A DNA stretch of 64,000 nucleotides from a bacterium (GCA_030647205.1 JAUSJO010000005.1:138523-202522); one strand, 5' to 3'. Counted from the stretch's first letter, positions 9,578 to 19,556 are shown. Notes: generated by a model from the letters alone, not told the origin. Numbers and translations are program-made.

Positions 9578-10255
9578 ATGGATAGAATAAAAGATTTTGA
9601 CGTTAAAAATATGAAAAAAGTTCCCGATATAAAATCAGGGGATACTGTTCGTGTTCACACAAAAATTAAAGAAGGCAGCAAAGAGAGAATTCAAATTTTT
9701 GAAGGCGTTGTAATAAAGAAACAGGGTGGAAACAATGTCGGTGCTTCTATCACGGTTCGCAAAATGTCTTATGGCATTGGCGTAGAAAGAACATTTCTCA
9801 TGCACTCGCCATTACTTGAGAAAATTCAAGTTGTGAAAAGGGCAAGAGTACGAAGAGCAAACATCGGATACCTGCGGAATTTGACAGGTAAGTCAGCAAA
9901 ACTAAGAGAAAAGCAGTTTGATGCATTAGCCGTGAACGTGAAGGAAGAGGAACTTGCTCCTGCTGATCAGGCAGAGATAGATGAGCCGGTTGAAATCTCT
10001 GAAGATGTTTTAGCTCAGGCTGATACAGTGAGCGCGGAAGATGTTGCAAAAAGAGAAGAAAAAGAAGCCAAAGTTGAAGATACGGGTCCGGTTGCGGAGG
10101 ACGAGCAGGAAGCGCCCGAAGAAGAGATAGAAGAAGGCGTAGAGAAGGCAGAGAAAGACCTTGAGCATGGTAAAAGTACTGAAGGTGAACAGGCAGAGAA
10201 ATCTGAAGAAGATGCGGAGCCTGCAGAAAAAGAAGAAGAAACACCGGAAGCATAA
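9578..10255 (+). CDS. rplS: Ribosomal protein L19 with an acidic C-terminal extension
   Basis: GDTVRVH...[12 protein letters not shown]...[13 protein letters not shown] core, then about 100 aa of E/A-rich tail. Confidence 0.88.
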   Translation: MDRIKDFDVKNMKKVPDIKSGDTVRVHTKIKEGSKERIQIFEGVVIKKQGGNNVGASITVRKMSYGIGVERTFLMHSPLLEKIQVVKRARVRRANIGYLRNLTGKSAKLREKQFDALAVNVKEEELAPADQAEIDEPVEISEDVLAQADTVSAEDVAKREEKEAKVEDTGPVAEDEQEAPEEEIEEGVEKAEKDLEHGKSTEGEQAEKSEEDAEPAEKEEETPEA

Positions 10256-10278
10256 ATCTTAAAAATATAATTTATAAA

Positions 10279-10308
10279 AACCGACTCGTGATGAGTTGGT
10301 TTTTTGTT
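10279..10308 (+). terminator. Intrinsic terminator after rplS
   Basis: aaccgactc gtgat gagttggtt followed by ttttt. Confidence 0.6.
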
Positions 10309-10317
10309 GCTCTATCT

Positions 10318-10625
10318 GTCATTCCGACCGATACCACGTTAGTGGAAAGTGGAGGAATCCCTTTCCCTTGTCATTCCCGCGGAGGCGGGAATCCAGCCTT
10401 TCTTTAAATAATTTCCACTTTTTTAGAAAAAGTAGAGCAAAAATCGCGGCTTAGACGGCCTCTCAAAGTATAACTCAAAACTTCTCTCAAATTTGAAAAA
10501 TGACAACAAGCCGATTCCGGAAGTCATCTTTTCAAAAGTTCGTTCAGCTTTTCGTTCTCTTTTCGAGCCGATAGCCGCAAAGAGAGGCTTCTTTTCAAAA
10601 ACCATGCCAGAGGAGAGAGTGGAAA
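10318..10625 (+). repeat. Copy 3 of the mosaic intergenic repeat
   Basis: gtcattccgacc...ggaggaatccc, gtcattcccgcggaggcgggaatccag, ccacttttttagaaaaagtagagcaaaaatcgcggcttagacgg, tttgaaaaatgacaacaagccgattccggaag... The last 3 blocks match copy 2 and copy 5, and the first 2 blocks match copy 4. Confidence 0.85.
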
Positions 10626-10654
10626 AGTCCCGTGTTTTAGTTTACACTTGGTGC

Positions 10655-11257
10655 ATGAAACCGACACTCAAATATGAAAGAAAATACTGGGACGAGGGCA
10701 AAAATATTATTTGTGGTATTGATGAAGTTGGCAGAGGTTCGTGGGCAGGTCCGCTATATGTCGGAGCGGTTGTTTTTGATAAAAACCACAGGATGATAGA
10801 TGGTGTAAATGACTCGAAAAAGTTGACACCTCTAAAAAGGGAAACTCTCCATAAAGAAATTATAGAAAATGCGCTTGCTTACAGCATCGGAGCGGTTAAA
10901 TCATATGAAGTAGATAGCTACGGCCTAACTCTCGCAACAGAAATTGCCATCGAAAGGGCAATAGAAGGATTAGGGCTTACGGTTGATCTTCTTTTGATAG
11001 ATGCCATCAGCTATAAGAAACTTGATTGCCTGCCGATAATTAAAGGAGACCAAGTTTGCTATAGTATTTCTTGTGCTTCAATAATCGCCAAAGTAGAAAG
11101 AGACAAGTATATTTCAAGTATTCCGGAAGCTGAAGTCTATAGATTTGACAGAAATAAAGGCTATGGAACGATGGAACATGTGGAACTCATAAAAAAGCAT
11201 GGGATCTCCGATGTGCATCGTAAAAGTTTCAAACCCATAAGGATCCTTTGTGGTTAA
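10655..11257 (+). CDS. rnhB: Ribonuclease HII
   Basis: GIDEVGRGSWAGPLYVGAVV catalytic N-terminus, 200 aa from the ATG at 10655. The ORF-track start at 10493 would translate the repeat. Confidence 0.88.
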   Translation: MKPTLKYERKYWDEGKNIICGIDEVGRGSWAGPLYVGAVVFDKNHRMIDGVNDSKKLTPLKRETLHKEIIENALAYSIGAVKSYEVDSYGLTLATEIAIERAIEGLGLTVDLLLIDAISYKKLDCLPIIKGDQVCYSISCASIIAKVERDKYISSIPEAEVYRFDRNKGYGTMEHVELIKKHGISDVHRKSFKPIRILCG

Positions 11258-11612
11258 CACTCACATAATCGGTCAAACGGCCGAGGATATGGCGGCAGAA
11301 TATCTGATTGAAAACAAGCTCCGGATTATCGACCGGAACTATCGCACCAGATTTGGTGAGATTGACATTATCTCGAAAGAGAAAAAGAAATTTGTCTTTG
11401 TTGAGGTGAAGGCAAAAAATACTTCCAGATTCGGAAAACCTTATGAGATGGTAACGGCAAAGAAACAGAAAAAGCTTATTTCAACAGCAAAGGGATATCT
11501 AACTGAGATAGGTTTAGACATAGAAAAGATTGATTGGCGGATAGACGTTATCTCAATTGATTATGAAACAGGTACTATTGAATGGCTCAAAAACGCAGTC
11601 GAAGATATTTAA
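11250..11612 (+). CDS. yraN: YraN/UPF0102-family endonuclease
   Basis: GE(D)MAAEYL...GEIDIIS...VFVEVK motifs and the conserved position after rnhB. A GTG at 11250 or the ATG at 11289 could be the start. Confidence 0.75.
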   Translation: MVNTHIIGQTAEDMAAEYLIENKLRIIDRNYRTRFGEIDIISKEKKKFVFVEVKAKNTSRFGKPYEMVTAKKQKKLISTAKGYLTEIGLDIEKIDWRIDVISIDYETGTIEWLKNAVEDI

Positions 11613-11663
11613 ACTTTTATGCTATAATAAAGCCAATTAATAAAAAATAGCAGGGGTAAATAA

Positions 11664-12572
11664 ATGACAAAGATTGTTGTGTCGGAAGGATTAAGGTTGT
11701 CGCCAGAACAGGAGAAAAGGCTAAAGGCTCTTGGCAATTGTGCTATTTATAATGAAGCTGCAAAGTCAGACGAGGAAGCATTAAAAAGATTTAAAGAAGC
11801 TGATGTTATTTGTACCGAAAGTGCTCCGATAGAAAATGTCATTTATAGTTTGAAAGACAAACTTGTTTGCTTTCCGTTCGTCGGAATGGGTTGGCTAGAC
11901 CTAAAAAAACTCGATGCAAAAGGAGTAAAAGTTGCAAATGCTCCTGGGTGCAACAAATCGGCCGTGACAGAGTGGGTTATTTCTATGATGATAATGGCTG
12001 CAAGAGAACTGTATTCAGTTATAAATAAGCCCTCGGATTCATATGCTGGTTTTCCCATGGAAACCACAGGATTAGCATCTAAAAATGTGACTATTTTAGG
12101 TAAAGGGAATATTGGCAAGCAGGTTCACGGAGTATGTAACGCTTTGGGTATGAATGTTATGGTTTTTTCTCGAGGAGACGATATAAAAAAGAGCGTAGAA
12201 AATGCGGATTTTGTGATAAATTGTCTGGCTAGAAATAAAGAAACAGAAGGAATATTAGATGAGAATTTTTTTGGTGCCATGAAAGAAAGAGCGTATTTTA
12301 TAAGTGCTACAAGTTTGCAAATCTATGACATTGATGCGCTCAAAAAATCTTTAGATATAGGAAAGTTATCAGGTGCAGCTATTGATTTGGAAGGAGTGAA
12401 GGTTGGAGATAGCTCAGACCCTCTCTATAAAGGCTTGGCAAAACATCCGAAAATACTAGTTACCCCACATATAGCTTTTAACACCGATGTATCAATGAAG
12501 GTGGGTAATGACATTATGATAGATAATGCCGAAGCGTGGATAAATGGTAGGCCGATAAATATAGTTATCTAG
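11664..12572 (+). CDS. D-isomer-specific 2-hydroxyacid dehydrogenase family protein
   Basis: NAD-binding ILGKGNIGKQV and the catalytic C-terminal region with TPHIAF. Confidence 0.75.
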   Translation: MTKIVVSEGLRLSPEQEKRLKALGNCAIYNEAAKSDEEALKRFKEADVICTESAPIENVIYSLKDKLVCFPFVGMGWLDLKKLDAKGVKVANAPGCNKSAVTEWVISMMIMAARELYSVINKPSDSYAGFPMETTGLASKNVTILGKGNIGKQVHGVCNALGMNVMVFSRGDDIKKSVENADFVINCLARNKETEGILDENFFGAMKERAYFISATSLQIYDIDALKKSLDIGKLSGAAIDLEGVKVGDSSDPLYKGLAKHPKILVTPHIAFNTDVSMKVGNDIMIDNAEAWINGRPINIVI

Positions 12573-12583
12573 CAATTCCAGCT

Positions 12584-12611
12584 TGACATCCGTAAGGTAC
12601 ATAGCTATAAT
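12584..12611 (+). promoter_or_regulatory. Consensus promoter upstream of nusA
   Basis: ttgaca, 16 nt, tataat. It is followed by a leader hairpin gtcggaatttgttccggc plus a U run (see findings). Confidence 0.55.
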
Positions 12612-12771
12612 GAGAACGTAGTCGGAATTTGTTCCGGCTTTTATAGTCTTTTACGGCTGTTTTCAAGCAAAAGTATTATATTTATCTAAAATTAAGCATT
12701 ATTTTTGTTTGAATGCCAGATGTAAAAGAGAGCTATATGAGTTAAAAATTAAATAAGCCCAAAAGGGGGAG

Positions 12772-14301
12772 ATGGAGAATAAAATGCAAGCAAAGTTTAC
12801 ACAGGCGATCAACCAGATTTGCGACGAGAAAAACCTTTCTCGTGATGTTGTAATGGAAACAGTTAAGGCGGCACTGGCAAGCGCCTATAAAAAAGACTAC
12901 GGATCAAAAGATCAGGAAGTCAGAGTTGAAATAGATGAAGAAAGCGGAGCAATCCAAGTTTATGTTATAAAAGAAGTCGTCGATGAAGTTGAAGACAAAA
13001 TGCTTCAGATGAGCGTAGTTGACGCAAACAAAATCAAAAAAGGCGCAAAAGTTGGTGATACGGTTGAAATCCTGGATATTCCGGCAGATTTCGGCAGAAT
13101 TGCAGCTCAAACTGCAAAACAGGTGATAATCCAGAGAATTCGAGAAGCTGAACGTGATATGGTCTTTGAAGAGTTTAAAGATAAAGAAGGCGACATTATA
13201 AATGCGGTTGTTCAAAGAGTTGAGGGCGACACTGTAATCGTAGATCTTGGAAAAGCCACCGGAGTTTTATATAGAACCGAGCAAATGGCCGGAGAACATT
13301 ATTATACTGGTCAGAGACTGAAGGTTTTTGTTGTAAGAGTTGAAAGTGCCACAAGAGGTCCGCAGATAGTTCTTTCAAGGTCTCATCCGGATATGATTAG
13401 AAAACTTTTTGAAATGGAAGTACCGGAGATACTGGCAGGAACAATCGAGATCAAGTCAGTCGCTCGTGAAGGCGGCGAGAGAACAAAAATAGCCGTTTAT
13501 ACTGAAACAGCAGGCATCGATCCGGTTGGCGCGCTCGTTGGGCAAAGAGGCTCAAGGGTCCAGTCGGTTATGAGCGAAATTGGTGAAGAGAAAATTGATA
13601 TAATCCTTTGGGATCCTGATATTAAAACCTACATTATCAATGCTCTTTCACCGGCGAAAGTGATAGAAGTTGAGATAGACGAAAAAGAGAAGAAAGCAAC
13701 CGTGAAGGTTCCTGAGGATCAGCTATCTCTTGCAATCGGTAAAAAGGGTCAAAATGTCCGTCTTGCAGCTAAGCTTACTGGTTGGAACGTAGATATTGCA
13801 GGTACGGATGATGCAGGTATTGAGGGCATCCAAGCTGCGGCTGCTCCTGTAGAAACCAAGAAGGCGGCGGATCTAGAAGATGCGATTATCAAGAATATAG
13901 AGTCGCAAGAGTCGGCTGAGGTTGAGACGGAAGAAAAACCCGCTGATGATCAGCCAGCAGTCGAAGAGGAGCCTGTGAAAGAAGACAAGCCAGTCACAGA
14001 AGAAGCTAGTGCAGATTTAGACAGTAAACAAGAAACGGAAGATGATCTAGTTGCTGAGATTGGCGGAGAAGAAAAAGAAGTTGAGGCGCCAAAAATTATA
14101 AAAGATGAGAGAAAACAGATTGATGATGCACCAGAGACTCCTTATGCGGGAGAGTCGGTTGCCGGAAATGCACTAAAAGCTACAGAAGAAGAGAATAAAG
14201 AAGTTAAAGTTGAAAAAGCAGAAGAACCGGATGGTCCAAGCATTGAAGAGGTCTTAGAAGAAGAGGAAGAGGAAAACACAAAGGCGCAGCAAGCAAAGTA
14301 A
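12772..14301 (+). CDS. nusA: Transcription termination/antitermination factor NusA with an acidic C-terminal tail
   Basis: NusA N-terminal, S1 and KH1/KH2 regions (ILDIPADFGRIAAQTAKQVIIQRIREAERD; LAIGKKGQNVRLAAKLTGW). An alternative start is the ATG at 12784. Confidence 0.9.
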   Translation: MENKMQAKFTQAINQICDEKNLSRDVVMETVKAALASAYKKDYGSKDQEVRVEIDEESGAIQVYVIKEVVDEVEDKMLQMSVVDANKIKKGAKVGDTVEILDIPADFGRIAAQTAKQVIIQRIREAERDMVFEEFKDKEGDIINAVVQRVEGDTVIVDLGKATGVLYRTEQMAGEHYYTGQRLKVFVVRVESATRGPQIVLSRSHPDMIRKLFEMEVPEILAGTIEIKSVAREGGERTKIAVYTETAGIDPVGALVGQRGSRVQSVMSEIGEEKIDIILWDPDIKTYIINALSPAKVIEVEIDEKEKKATVKVPEDQLSLAIGKKGQNVRLAAKLTGWNVDIAGTDDAGIEGIQAAAAPVETKKAADLEDAIIKNIESQESAEVETEEKPADDQPAVEEEPVKEDKPVTEEASADLDSKQETEDDLVAEIGGEEKEVEAPKIIKDERKQIDDAPETPYAGESVAGNALKATEEENKEVKVEKAEEPDGPSIEEVLEEEEEENTKAQQAK

Positions 14302-14342
14302 GTATGTCCCGTAGAGACGGGATAAGCAAGGAAGGGGGAAAC

Positions 14343-16883
14343 ATGCAGGAATTTAATTTATTCGGCAGGTTTACAGGCAACGCCAAGCAATGTCTTTTGA
14401 ACGCGCAAAAGATTGCAAAGAAAAAGAACTCAGATATAGATACCGATGATATCTTGGTTGGGATATACCTGGTCACTGATTCTGTCGGTTCAAGACTTTT
14501 AAAAAGTGTTGGTTTTGAGAGTGATATTTCTGCTTATCCGTCAGTTCAGGAAAGTCTGGCAAATGCAAGGGAAGGCGGGAGTAATGTAGTTACGCTTACA
14601 GAATCTGCCAAAACATCTCTCGAAGTTGCCATGGGTCTCGGCAAAAGCTATCAGTCAAACTATATTGGCACTGAGCATATTTTAAGAGCGCTGCTTATGG
14701 GCAAGAAAACAAAGGCCTATGAAGTTTTGAAAAACGACAATATTCAGATCGTTTCGCTCACAAGCGAGCTTGATAAGTTTTTGCAGAGAGGCTCGGGCGA
14801 CAATATGGATATGTACAGCGATGATTTCGCTCAGGACAGTCCTATGGGTATACATAGGGATTTTGCACAAACGAGAGCAGGAAATGATAGTTCTAAAATA
14901 TTTGAAAGCTACAGCGTAGACTTTACCGAAAAAGCAAAGAAAAAAGAGTTCGATCCGATAATCGGCCGTGATAAGGAAATCGCGCGCGTTATATCTATTT
15001 TAAATCGAAGGACAAAAAATAATCCGGTCTTAATCGGCGAACCCGGCGTAGGGAAAACTGCTCTGGTTGAGGGTTTGGCTCAACGCATAGTTTCCGGAAA
15101 CGTGCCGGAGCAACTCTCTGGTAAAAAGATTTTGATGCTTGATATGGCAAATGTCATAGCCGGCACAAAATATCGAGGTGAGTTCGAGGAGCGTTTAAAG
15201 AAAATTGTTGAGGCGCTGAGAGAGAACAATAATATTATTCTGTTTATCGATGAGCTTCATACCATAGTTGGCGCCGGTGCTGCAGAAGGCGCGATAGATG
15301 CGGCAAATATCCTAAAGCCCACTCTTTCAAGGGGCGAAATCCAGGTTATAGGTGCAACGACATTTGATGATTACAGAAAATATATAGAAAAGGATGCTGC
15401 GCTTGAGAGGCGTTTCCAGCCGGTGACTTTAGCCGAGCCGACACCTGCAGAAACCATCGCGATACTCAAAGGCGTAAGGCCGAACTTTGAAGAGTATCAC
15501 AAGGTTAAAATTACTGATGAGTCGATAGAGGCAGCAGTAAAAATGTCGAAAAGATATATTTCAGATAGATTTTTACCTGATAAGGCTATTGACCTGATTG
15601 ACGAGGCAGCAAGTCTTTTGAAAATCAAAAAAGGTAAGAGTCCTTCAAAAACTTTGAAAGATTATGCAAAGGATCTCAAGAAAGTTATTCAAAAGAAAGA
15701 AGAGTCTGTGATAGCTGCGAAATATATCATGGCGGCTGAGTACAAACAGAAAGAAGAACTCCTTGAGGCAAAGATAAGAAATCTCAAGAAAATCACAAAA
15801 GACTACCACGAGCCGGAAATCACAGCGGAAAGCATTGCGGAAGTTATTTCTATTTCTACCGGTGTACCTGTAACTCGCTTGATCAAAAAAGAAAGCGAGA
15901 GCCTTCTAAATATGGAGAAAAACCTCAAAAAAAGAATTATAGGTCAAGATGAAGCGATCAATGAAATCTCCCGTGCGATAAGACGCTCAAGGACCGGTAT
16001 TTCAAACGAAAAAAGGCCCATTGGTACATTCATATTTCTTGGTCCGACCGGTGTCGGTAAAACAGAACTTGCCAAAGCTTTGGCTGCTGAAATGTTCAAC
16101 TCAGAAGATATGCTTGTGAAGCTTGATATGAGTGAGTTTATGGAAAAGCATAATGTGGCTCGGCTTGTTGGCGCGCCGGCAGGATATGTTGGATTTGAGG
16201 AAGGCGGACAACTAACCGAGATTGTCCGCAGAAAACCTTACTCTGTAATTCTTCTTGATGAGATAGAGAAGGCGCACTCTGATGTCTTCAATATGTTTTT
16301 GCAAATTTTGGAAGATGGTCATCTGACAGACGCAAAAGGCATAAAGGTAGACTTTAGAAATACGATTATCATTATGACTTCAAATATTGGTGCTGACAAA
16401 ATGTTTAAAACAGCGAAGCTCGGATTTAGCGCCGAAAATTCAACAGAAGAAAAAGAGTTTGAGTCTCTTCACAAGAAAATTTCAGAGGAAGTAATGGAAA
16501 ACGTGAAGACGCAGTTCAGACCCGAGTTTATAAACCGTGTTGATAAAATAATCGTCTTTAAGGCTCTGTCAAAGATTGACGTCAAAAAGATTGTAGGTCT
16601 TCAACTGAGAGAGTTACAGGATAGGTTAGATGAAAAGCATATCACCATCAAAGTGTCAGAAAGTGCCAAGAAGTTTCTCATGGAAAAGGGCTATGATATC
16701 GAAAACGGCGCAAGGCCGATGCGAAGAGCTATTGAAAACTATATCGAGTCGCCTTTGGCCGAAGGTATGCTCTCCGGTGAGTTTAACGAAGGTGATCTAA
16801 TATCTGTGATGAAAATGGAAGAAAATCTCCAGTTCTATGTTCTGCAAATAAAAGCGGATAAGAGGAAAATAAACAGTAAATAA
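14343..16883 (+). CDS. clpC: ClpC-like AAA+ chaperone ATPase (Clp_N, two AAA modules, short middle domain)
   Basis: Walker [10 protein letters not shown] and GPTGVGKTE, Clp N-domain repeats, an inter-domain linker of only about 80 aa (ClpC-like rather than ClpB-like), and RBS ggaaggggga before the ATG at 14343. Confidence 0.88.
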   Translation: MQEFNLFGRFTGNAKQCLLNAQKIAKKKNSDIDTDDILVGIYLVTDSVGSRLLKSVGFESDISAYPSVQESLANAREGGSNVVTLTESAKTSLEVAMGLGKSYQSNYIGTEHILRALLMGKKTKAYEVLKNDNIQIVSLTSELDKFLQRGSGDNMDMYSDDFAQDSPMGIHRDFAQTRAGNDSSKIFESYSVDFTEKAKKKEFDPIIGRDKEIARVISILNRRTKNNPVLIGEPGVGKTALVEGLAQRIVSGNVPEQLSGKKILMLDMANVIAGTKYRGEFEERLKKIVEALRENNNIILFIDELHTIVGAGAAEGAIDAANILKPTLSRGEIQVIGATTFDDYRKYIEKDAALERRFQPVTLAEPTPAETIAILKGVRPNFEEYHKVKITDESIEAAVKMSKRYISDRFLPDKAIDLIDEAASLLKIKKGKSPSKTLKDYAKDLKKVIQKKEESVIAAKYIMAAEYKQKEELLEAKIRNLKKITKDYHEPEITAESIAEVISISTGVPVTRLIKKESESLLNMEKNLKKRIIGQDEAINEISRAIRRSRTGISNEKRPIGTFIFLGPTGVGKTELAKALAAEMFNSEDMLVKLDMSEFMEKHNVARLVGAPAGYVGFEEGGQLTEIVRRKPYSVILLDEIEKAHSDVFNMFLQILEDGHLTDAKGIKVDFRNTIIIMTSNIGADKMFKTAKLGFSAENSTEEKEFESLHKKISEEVMENVKTQFRPEFINRVDKIIVFKALSKIDVKKIVGLQLRELQDRLDEKHITIKVSESAKKFLMEKGYDIENGARPMRRAIENYIESPLAEGMLSGEFNEGDLISVMKMEENLQFYVLQIKADKRKINSK

Positions 16884-16889
16884 CTCTTT

Positions 16890-17222
16890 GTCATTCCGAC
16901 CGATTTCCTGAAAGGACGAGCGGAGGAATCCCTTTCCCCGTATGTCATTCCCGCGGAGGCGGGAATCCAGACTTTAAAATACTCTATCTACTTTTTTAGA
17001 AAAAGTAGAATCAAAAATCCCCGACTAGCACTATGAAATAGATAAAACTAATAAAAATTTATCATTCAAAACAGCAACCACTCCGTTTAATACTGCTTTT
17101 GTCCTTCGGAACATTCTAAATTTTTAAGTTTTATCCACTATTTCTCCGTGATGTCGGGAGAGAACAAAAATCACGCCGAGAAGAACCTCATTCCGTCATC
17201 CTGAGGCACGAAGGATCTCTCC
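16890..17222 (+). repeat. Copy 4 of the mosaic intergenic repeat
   Basis: gtcattccgaccgatttcctgaaaggacgagcggaggaatccc, gtcattcccgcggaggcgggaatccag, ctacttttttagaaaaagtagaatcaaaaatcc, and a tail ttctccgtgatgtcggga...aaaaatcacgccg...gtcatcctgaggcacgaaggatct that is shared with copies 1 and 2. Confidence 0.85.
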
Positions 17223-17291
17223 TTTTTCTTGCCCAAAAAAATAATTCAGTTTAAAATTGCTTAACTTTAGATATTCAACTAAACTTAATAG

Positions 17292-17564
17292 ATGGATAAG
17301 TTTCAAATTGTTGCGATGATTGCGGGGATAATGGTAGTTTTTAGTACCTTGCCGCAGGTTTCTAAGACCCTAAAAACAAAAAAAGTTGAGGAGCTGTCTC
17401 TAGCAATGTTTCTCCTGCTTCTAGGTGCTCAAACTATCTGGTTCTTCTACGGCTTTCATATCCACGATATAGCCATCATTCTGACGAATGGTATCTCGGC
17501 TCTGGTTGTGGCTACAAATGTCGGACTTATTTTAAAATATCGGAAAGTGCCGGTAAAAAAGTAA
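17292..17564 (+). CDS. SemiSWEET / PQ-loop sugar transporter (90 aa, 3 TM)
   Basis: Three predicted helices with the PQ motif (TLPQVSKTLKTKKVEELS) in helix 1. The size is typical of bacterial SemiSWEETs. Confidence 0.6.
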   Translation: MDKFQIVAMIAGIMVVFSTLPQVSKTLKTKKVEELSLAMFLLLLGAQTIWFFYGFHIHDIAIILTNGISALVVATNVGLILKYRKVPVKK

Positions 17565-17581
17565 TTTTGTCTACTTGTTTT
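17565..17581 (+). repeat. Left copy of a perfect 17-bp direct repeat TTTTGTCTACTTGTTTT
   Basis: Identical 17-mer at 18156-18172. A related copy lies at 38746-38762 (ttttgtatacttgtttt). Confidence 0.7.
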
Positions 17582-17665
17582 TCCTTTGGTGGTTATGATA
17601 ACATCTCTCTATCAATAAGCTATTCTATTCCAGTGTATTGACGCTCTTAAGGAGGTGATACTAAA

Positions 17666-18085
17666 ATGGCCAGAAAGTTAGCCGCTATTCTTGTTGCAGA
17701 TGTTTCGCCATGGCTTCAGACGAACAGTGCTGGAGGGGTTGAGGATAAGAAGGATTTTGCCGGTGAATTTGGCGTGGGAGAATACGTCGAGAAGTTCGGC
17801 CACTATGGTTTCTTTTGGCAGAACAAGGAATATGGGAAACATGTGCACCTAGTTATGTATTCCAAGACTGGCTTTACATCAAGGTTCTCAACGGATGTTA
17901 CTAGCGCTTTGATTGGTGATCTTCCTCATGCAACAGACAAGGTAATGGCACGGCTGGAACCTTGCTTCAAGAACGACGATGACGCAGTTCTTTTGGTGGA
18001 AGAAGGGGTACTTGAGCCTCTTCAGAAGCTATGCGAAAGAACCGGCGTTGACCTTGATTTGCTGGACGTTTCAGTCCACGCTTAA
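17666..18085 (+). CDS. Hypothetical protein (139 aa), GC-rich cassette ORF
   Basis: RBS aaggagg 7 nt upstream. GC is well above the neighbours. Followed by two hairpins at 18096-18152. Flanked by 17-bp direct repeats. Confidence 0.5.
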   Translation: MARKLAAILVADVSPWLQTNSAGGVEDKKDFAGEFGVGEYVEKFGHYGFFWQNKEYGKHVHLVMYSKTGFTSRFSTDVTSALIGDLPHATDKVMARLEPCFKNDDDAVLLVEEGVLEPLQKLCERTGVDLDLLDVSVHA

Positions 18086-18155
18086 TCAGAACAAAAGGGG
18101 GCTGGGCAAAGATGCCGCCCGGCCCTTTAGTGGACCTGAATTATCAGGTCCATAT

Positions 18156-18172
18156 TTTTGTCTACTTGTTTT
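18156..18172 (+). repeat. Right copy of the 17-bp direct repeat TTTTGTCTACTTGTTTT
   Basis: Perfect match to 17565-17581. Preceded by the hairpin tggacctga atta tcaggtcca (18131-18152). Confidence 0.7.
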
Positions 18173-18200
18173 AGGTTTTTGAATTATATATTCTTTAGAT

Positions 18201-19556
18201 ATGGCGAAAGTTAAAACACAATTCATATGCGGGAACTGCGGGGCATTTTATGACCGGTGGCAGGGGAAGTGTGTGCAATGCGGGGAATGGAATACTCTCA
18301 CAGAAACGCAGCTTAGCGTTGGCAAAAAATCCGGCACAAGAACTTCAAGCTCCTTGAGTAAGCCTGAGCCTCTTGGGAAAGCGGAGGATAATATCACAAG
18401 GCTAGCCACAGGTATTGGCGAGTTTGACAGGGTAGTCGGATCAGGGATAGTACCGGGTTCACTTATTCTTCTCGGCGGAGATCCGGGGATAGGAAAGTCG
18501 ACTTTAATACTCCAAGTTGCGGCAAAAGTTGCAAGCGGCAAAAAAGTTTTATATGTTAGCGGAGAGGAGTCGGCTCGGCAAGTATCTCTTAGAGCAAGCA
18601 GGCTAGAGCTACAGTCTGATAAATTGTTTGTTTTATCTGAAACAAATGTTGAGACGATTATCGACCAAATAAAGTCAGAAAAGCCATCATTCGTGGTTAT
18701 TGACTCTATCCAAACTGTCTACTCTGATGATGTGATGAGCACTTCAGGAAGTGTTGGGCAGGTGTCGCTGTGCGCGCAGAAACTGATGAATCTGGCAAAA
18801 AGCGAACACATCGCAATTGTACTTATTGGCCATGTTACAAAAGAAGGGAACTTGGCCGGTCCAAGACTTCTTGAGCATTTGGTGGATGTTGTCTTATATT
18901 TGGAAGGTGAGAGATACGGAGGATTTAGGGTTCTTCGCGGGATTAAAAACAGATTTGGTTCGACAAATGAAACGGGTATTTTTGATATGACGAAAGAGGG
19001 GATGACGGAGGTAGAGAATCCTTCGGAAATATTACTGTCAGAGAGGCTAAAGTCGGCCTCGGGAACGGCGATATTTGCGACCATGGAAGGAACAAGACCG
19101 CTGCTTGTCGAAATACAGGCGCTGACATCTATAACAAGCTTTGGTTATCCAAAAAGAACTGCCAGTGGGATGGACCTAAATAGATTGAATCTACTTATTG
19201 CGGTCCTTACAAAAAGAGCGGGTATCAATCTTACAAATCAGGATGTGTTTGTAAATATTGTTGGCGGGATGGCCATCCGTGAGCCGGCGGTTGATCTGGC
19301 TGTGGCGCTTGCGATTACATCCGCCTATAAAAATAAAGTTATACAAAACGACATGGCCGTTTTTGGAGAAATTGGTCTTGCAGGAGAGATAAGAAATGTG
19401 GATAATGTAGAGGAACGGATAAAGGAAATAGAGAAACTTGGTTTCAAGTCCGTTTTGATACCAAATGCCAGCAAGATTGGTGAAGTGAAGGGCGGAAAGA
19501 TAAAGTTAATCCGCGTTTCAAATATAAAAGAAGCCATAGACGCGGCGTTAATATAA
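18201..19556 (+). CDS. radA: DNA repair protein RadA/Sms
   Basis: N-terminal C4 zinc finger (CGNCGAFYDRWQGKCVQCGEW), RecA-like Walker A GGDPGIGKST, KNRFG motif, and a Lon-protease-like C-terminal domain. Confidence 0.92.
   Translation: MAKVKTQFICGNCGAFYDRWQGKCVQCGEWNTLTETQLSVGKKSGTRTSSSLSKPEPLGKAEDNITRLATGIGEFDRVVGSGIVPGSLILLGGDPGIGKSTLILQVAAKVASGKKVLYVSGEESARQVSLRASRLELQSDKLFVLSETNVETIIDQIKSEKPSFVVIDSIQTVYSDDVMSTSGSVGQVSLCAQKLMNLAKSEHIAIVLIGHVTKEGNLAGPRLLEHLVDVVLYLEGERYGGFRVLRGIKNRFGSTNETGIFDMTKEGMTEVENPSEILLSERLKSASGTAIFATMEGTRPLLVEIQALTSITSFGYPKRTASGMDLNRLNLLIAVLTKRAGINLTNQDVFVNIVGGMAIREPAVDLAVALAITSAYKNKVIQNDMAVFGEIGLAGEIRNVDNVEERIKEIEKLGFKSVLIPNASKIGEVKGGKIKLIRVSNIKEAIDAALI

Noticed and set aside
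10423-10605. Minus-strand 60-aa ORF, and its sibling at 46139-46390
   Set aside because: Both are read-through translations of the same repeat module (shared ...YFERPSKPRFLL(Y/H)FF ending). They are repeat artefacts, not genes.
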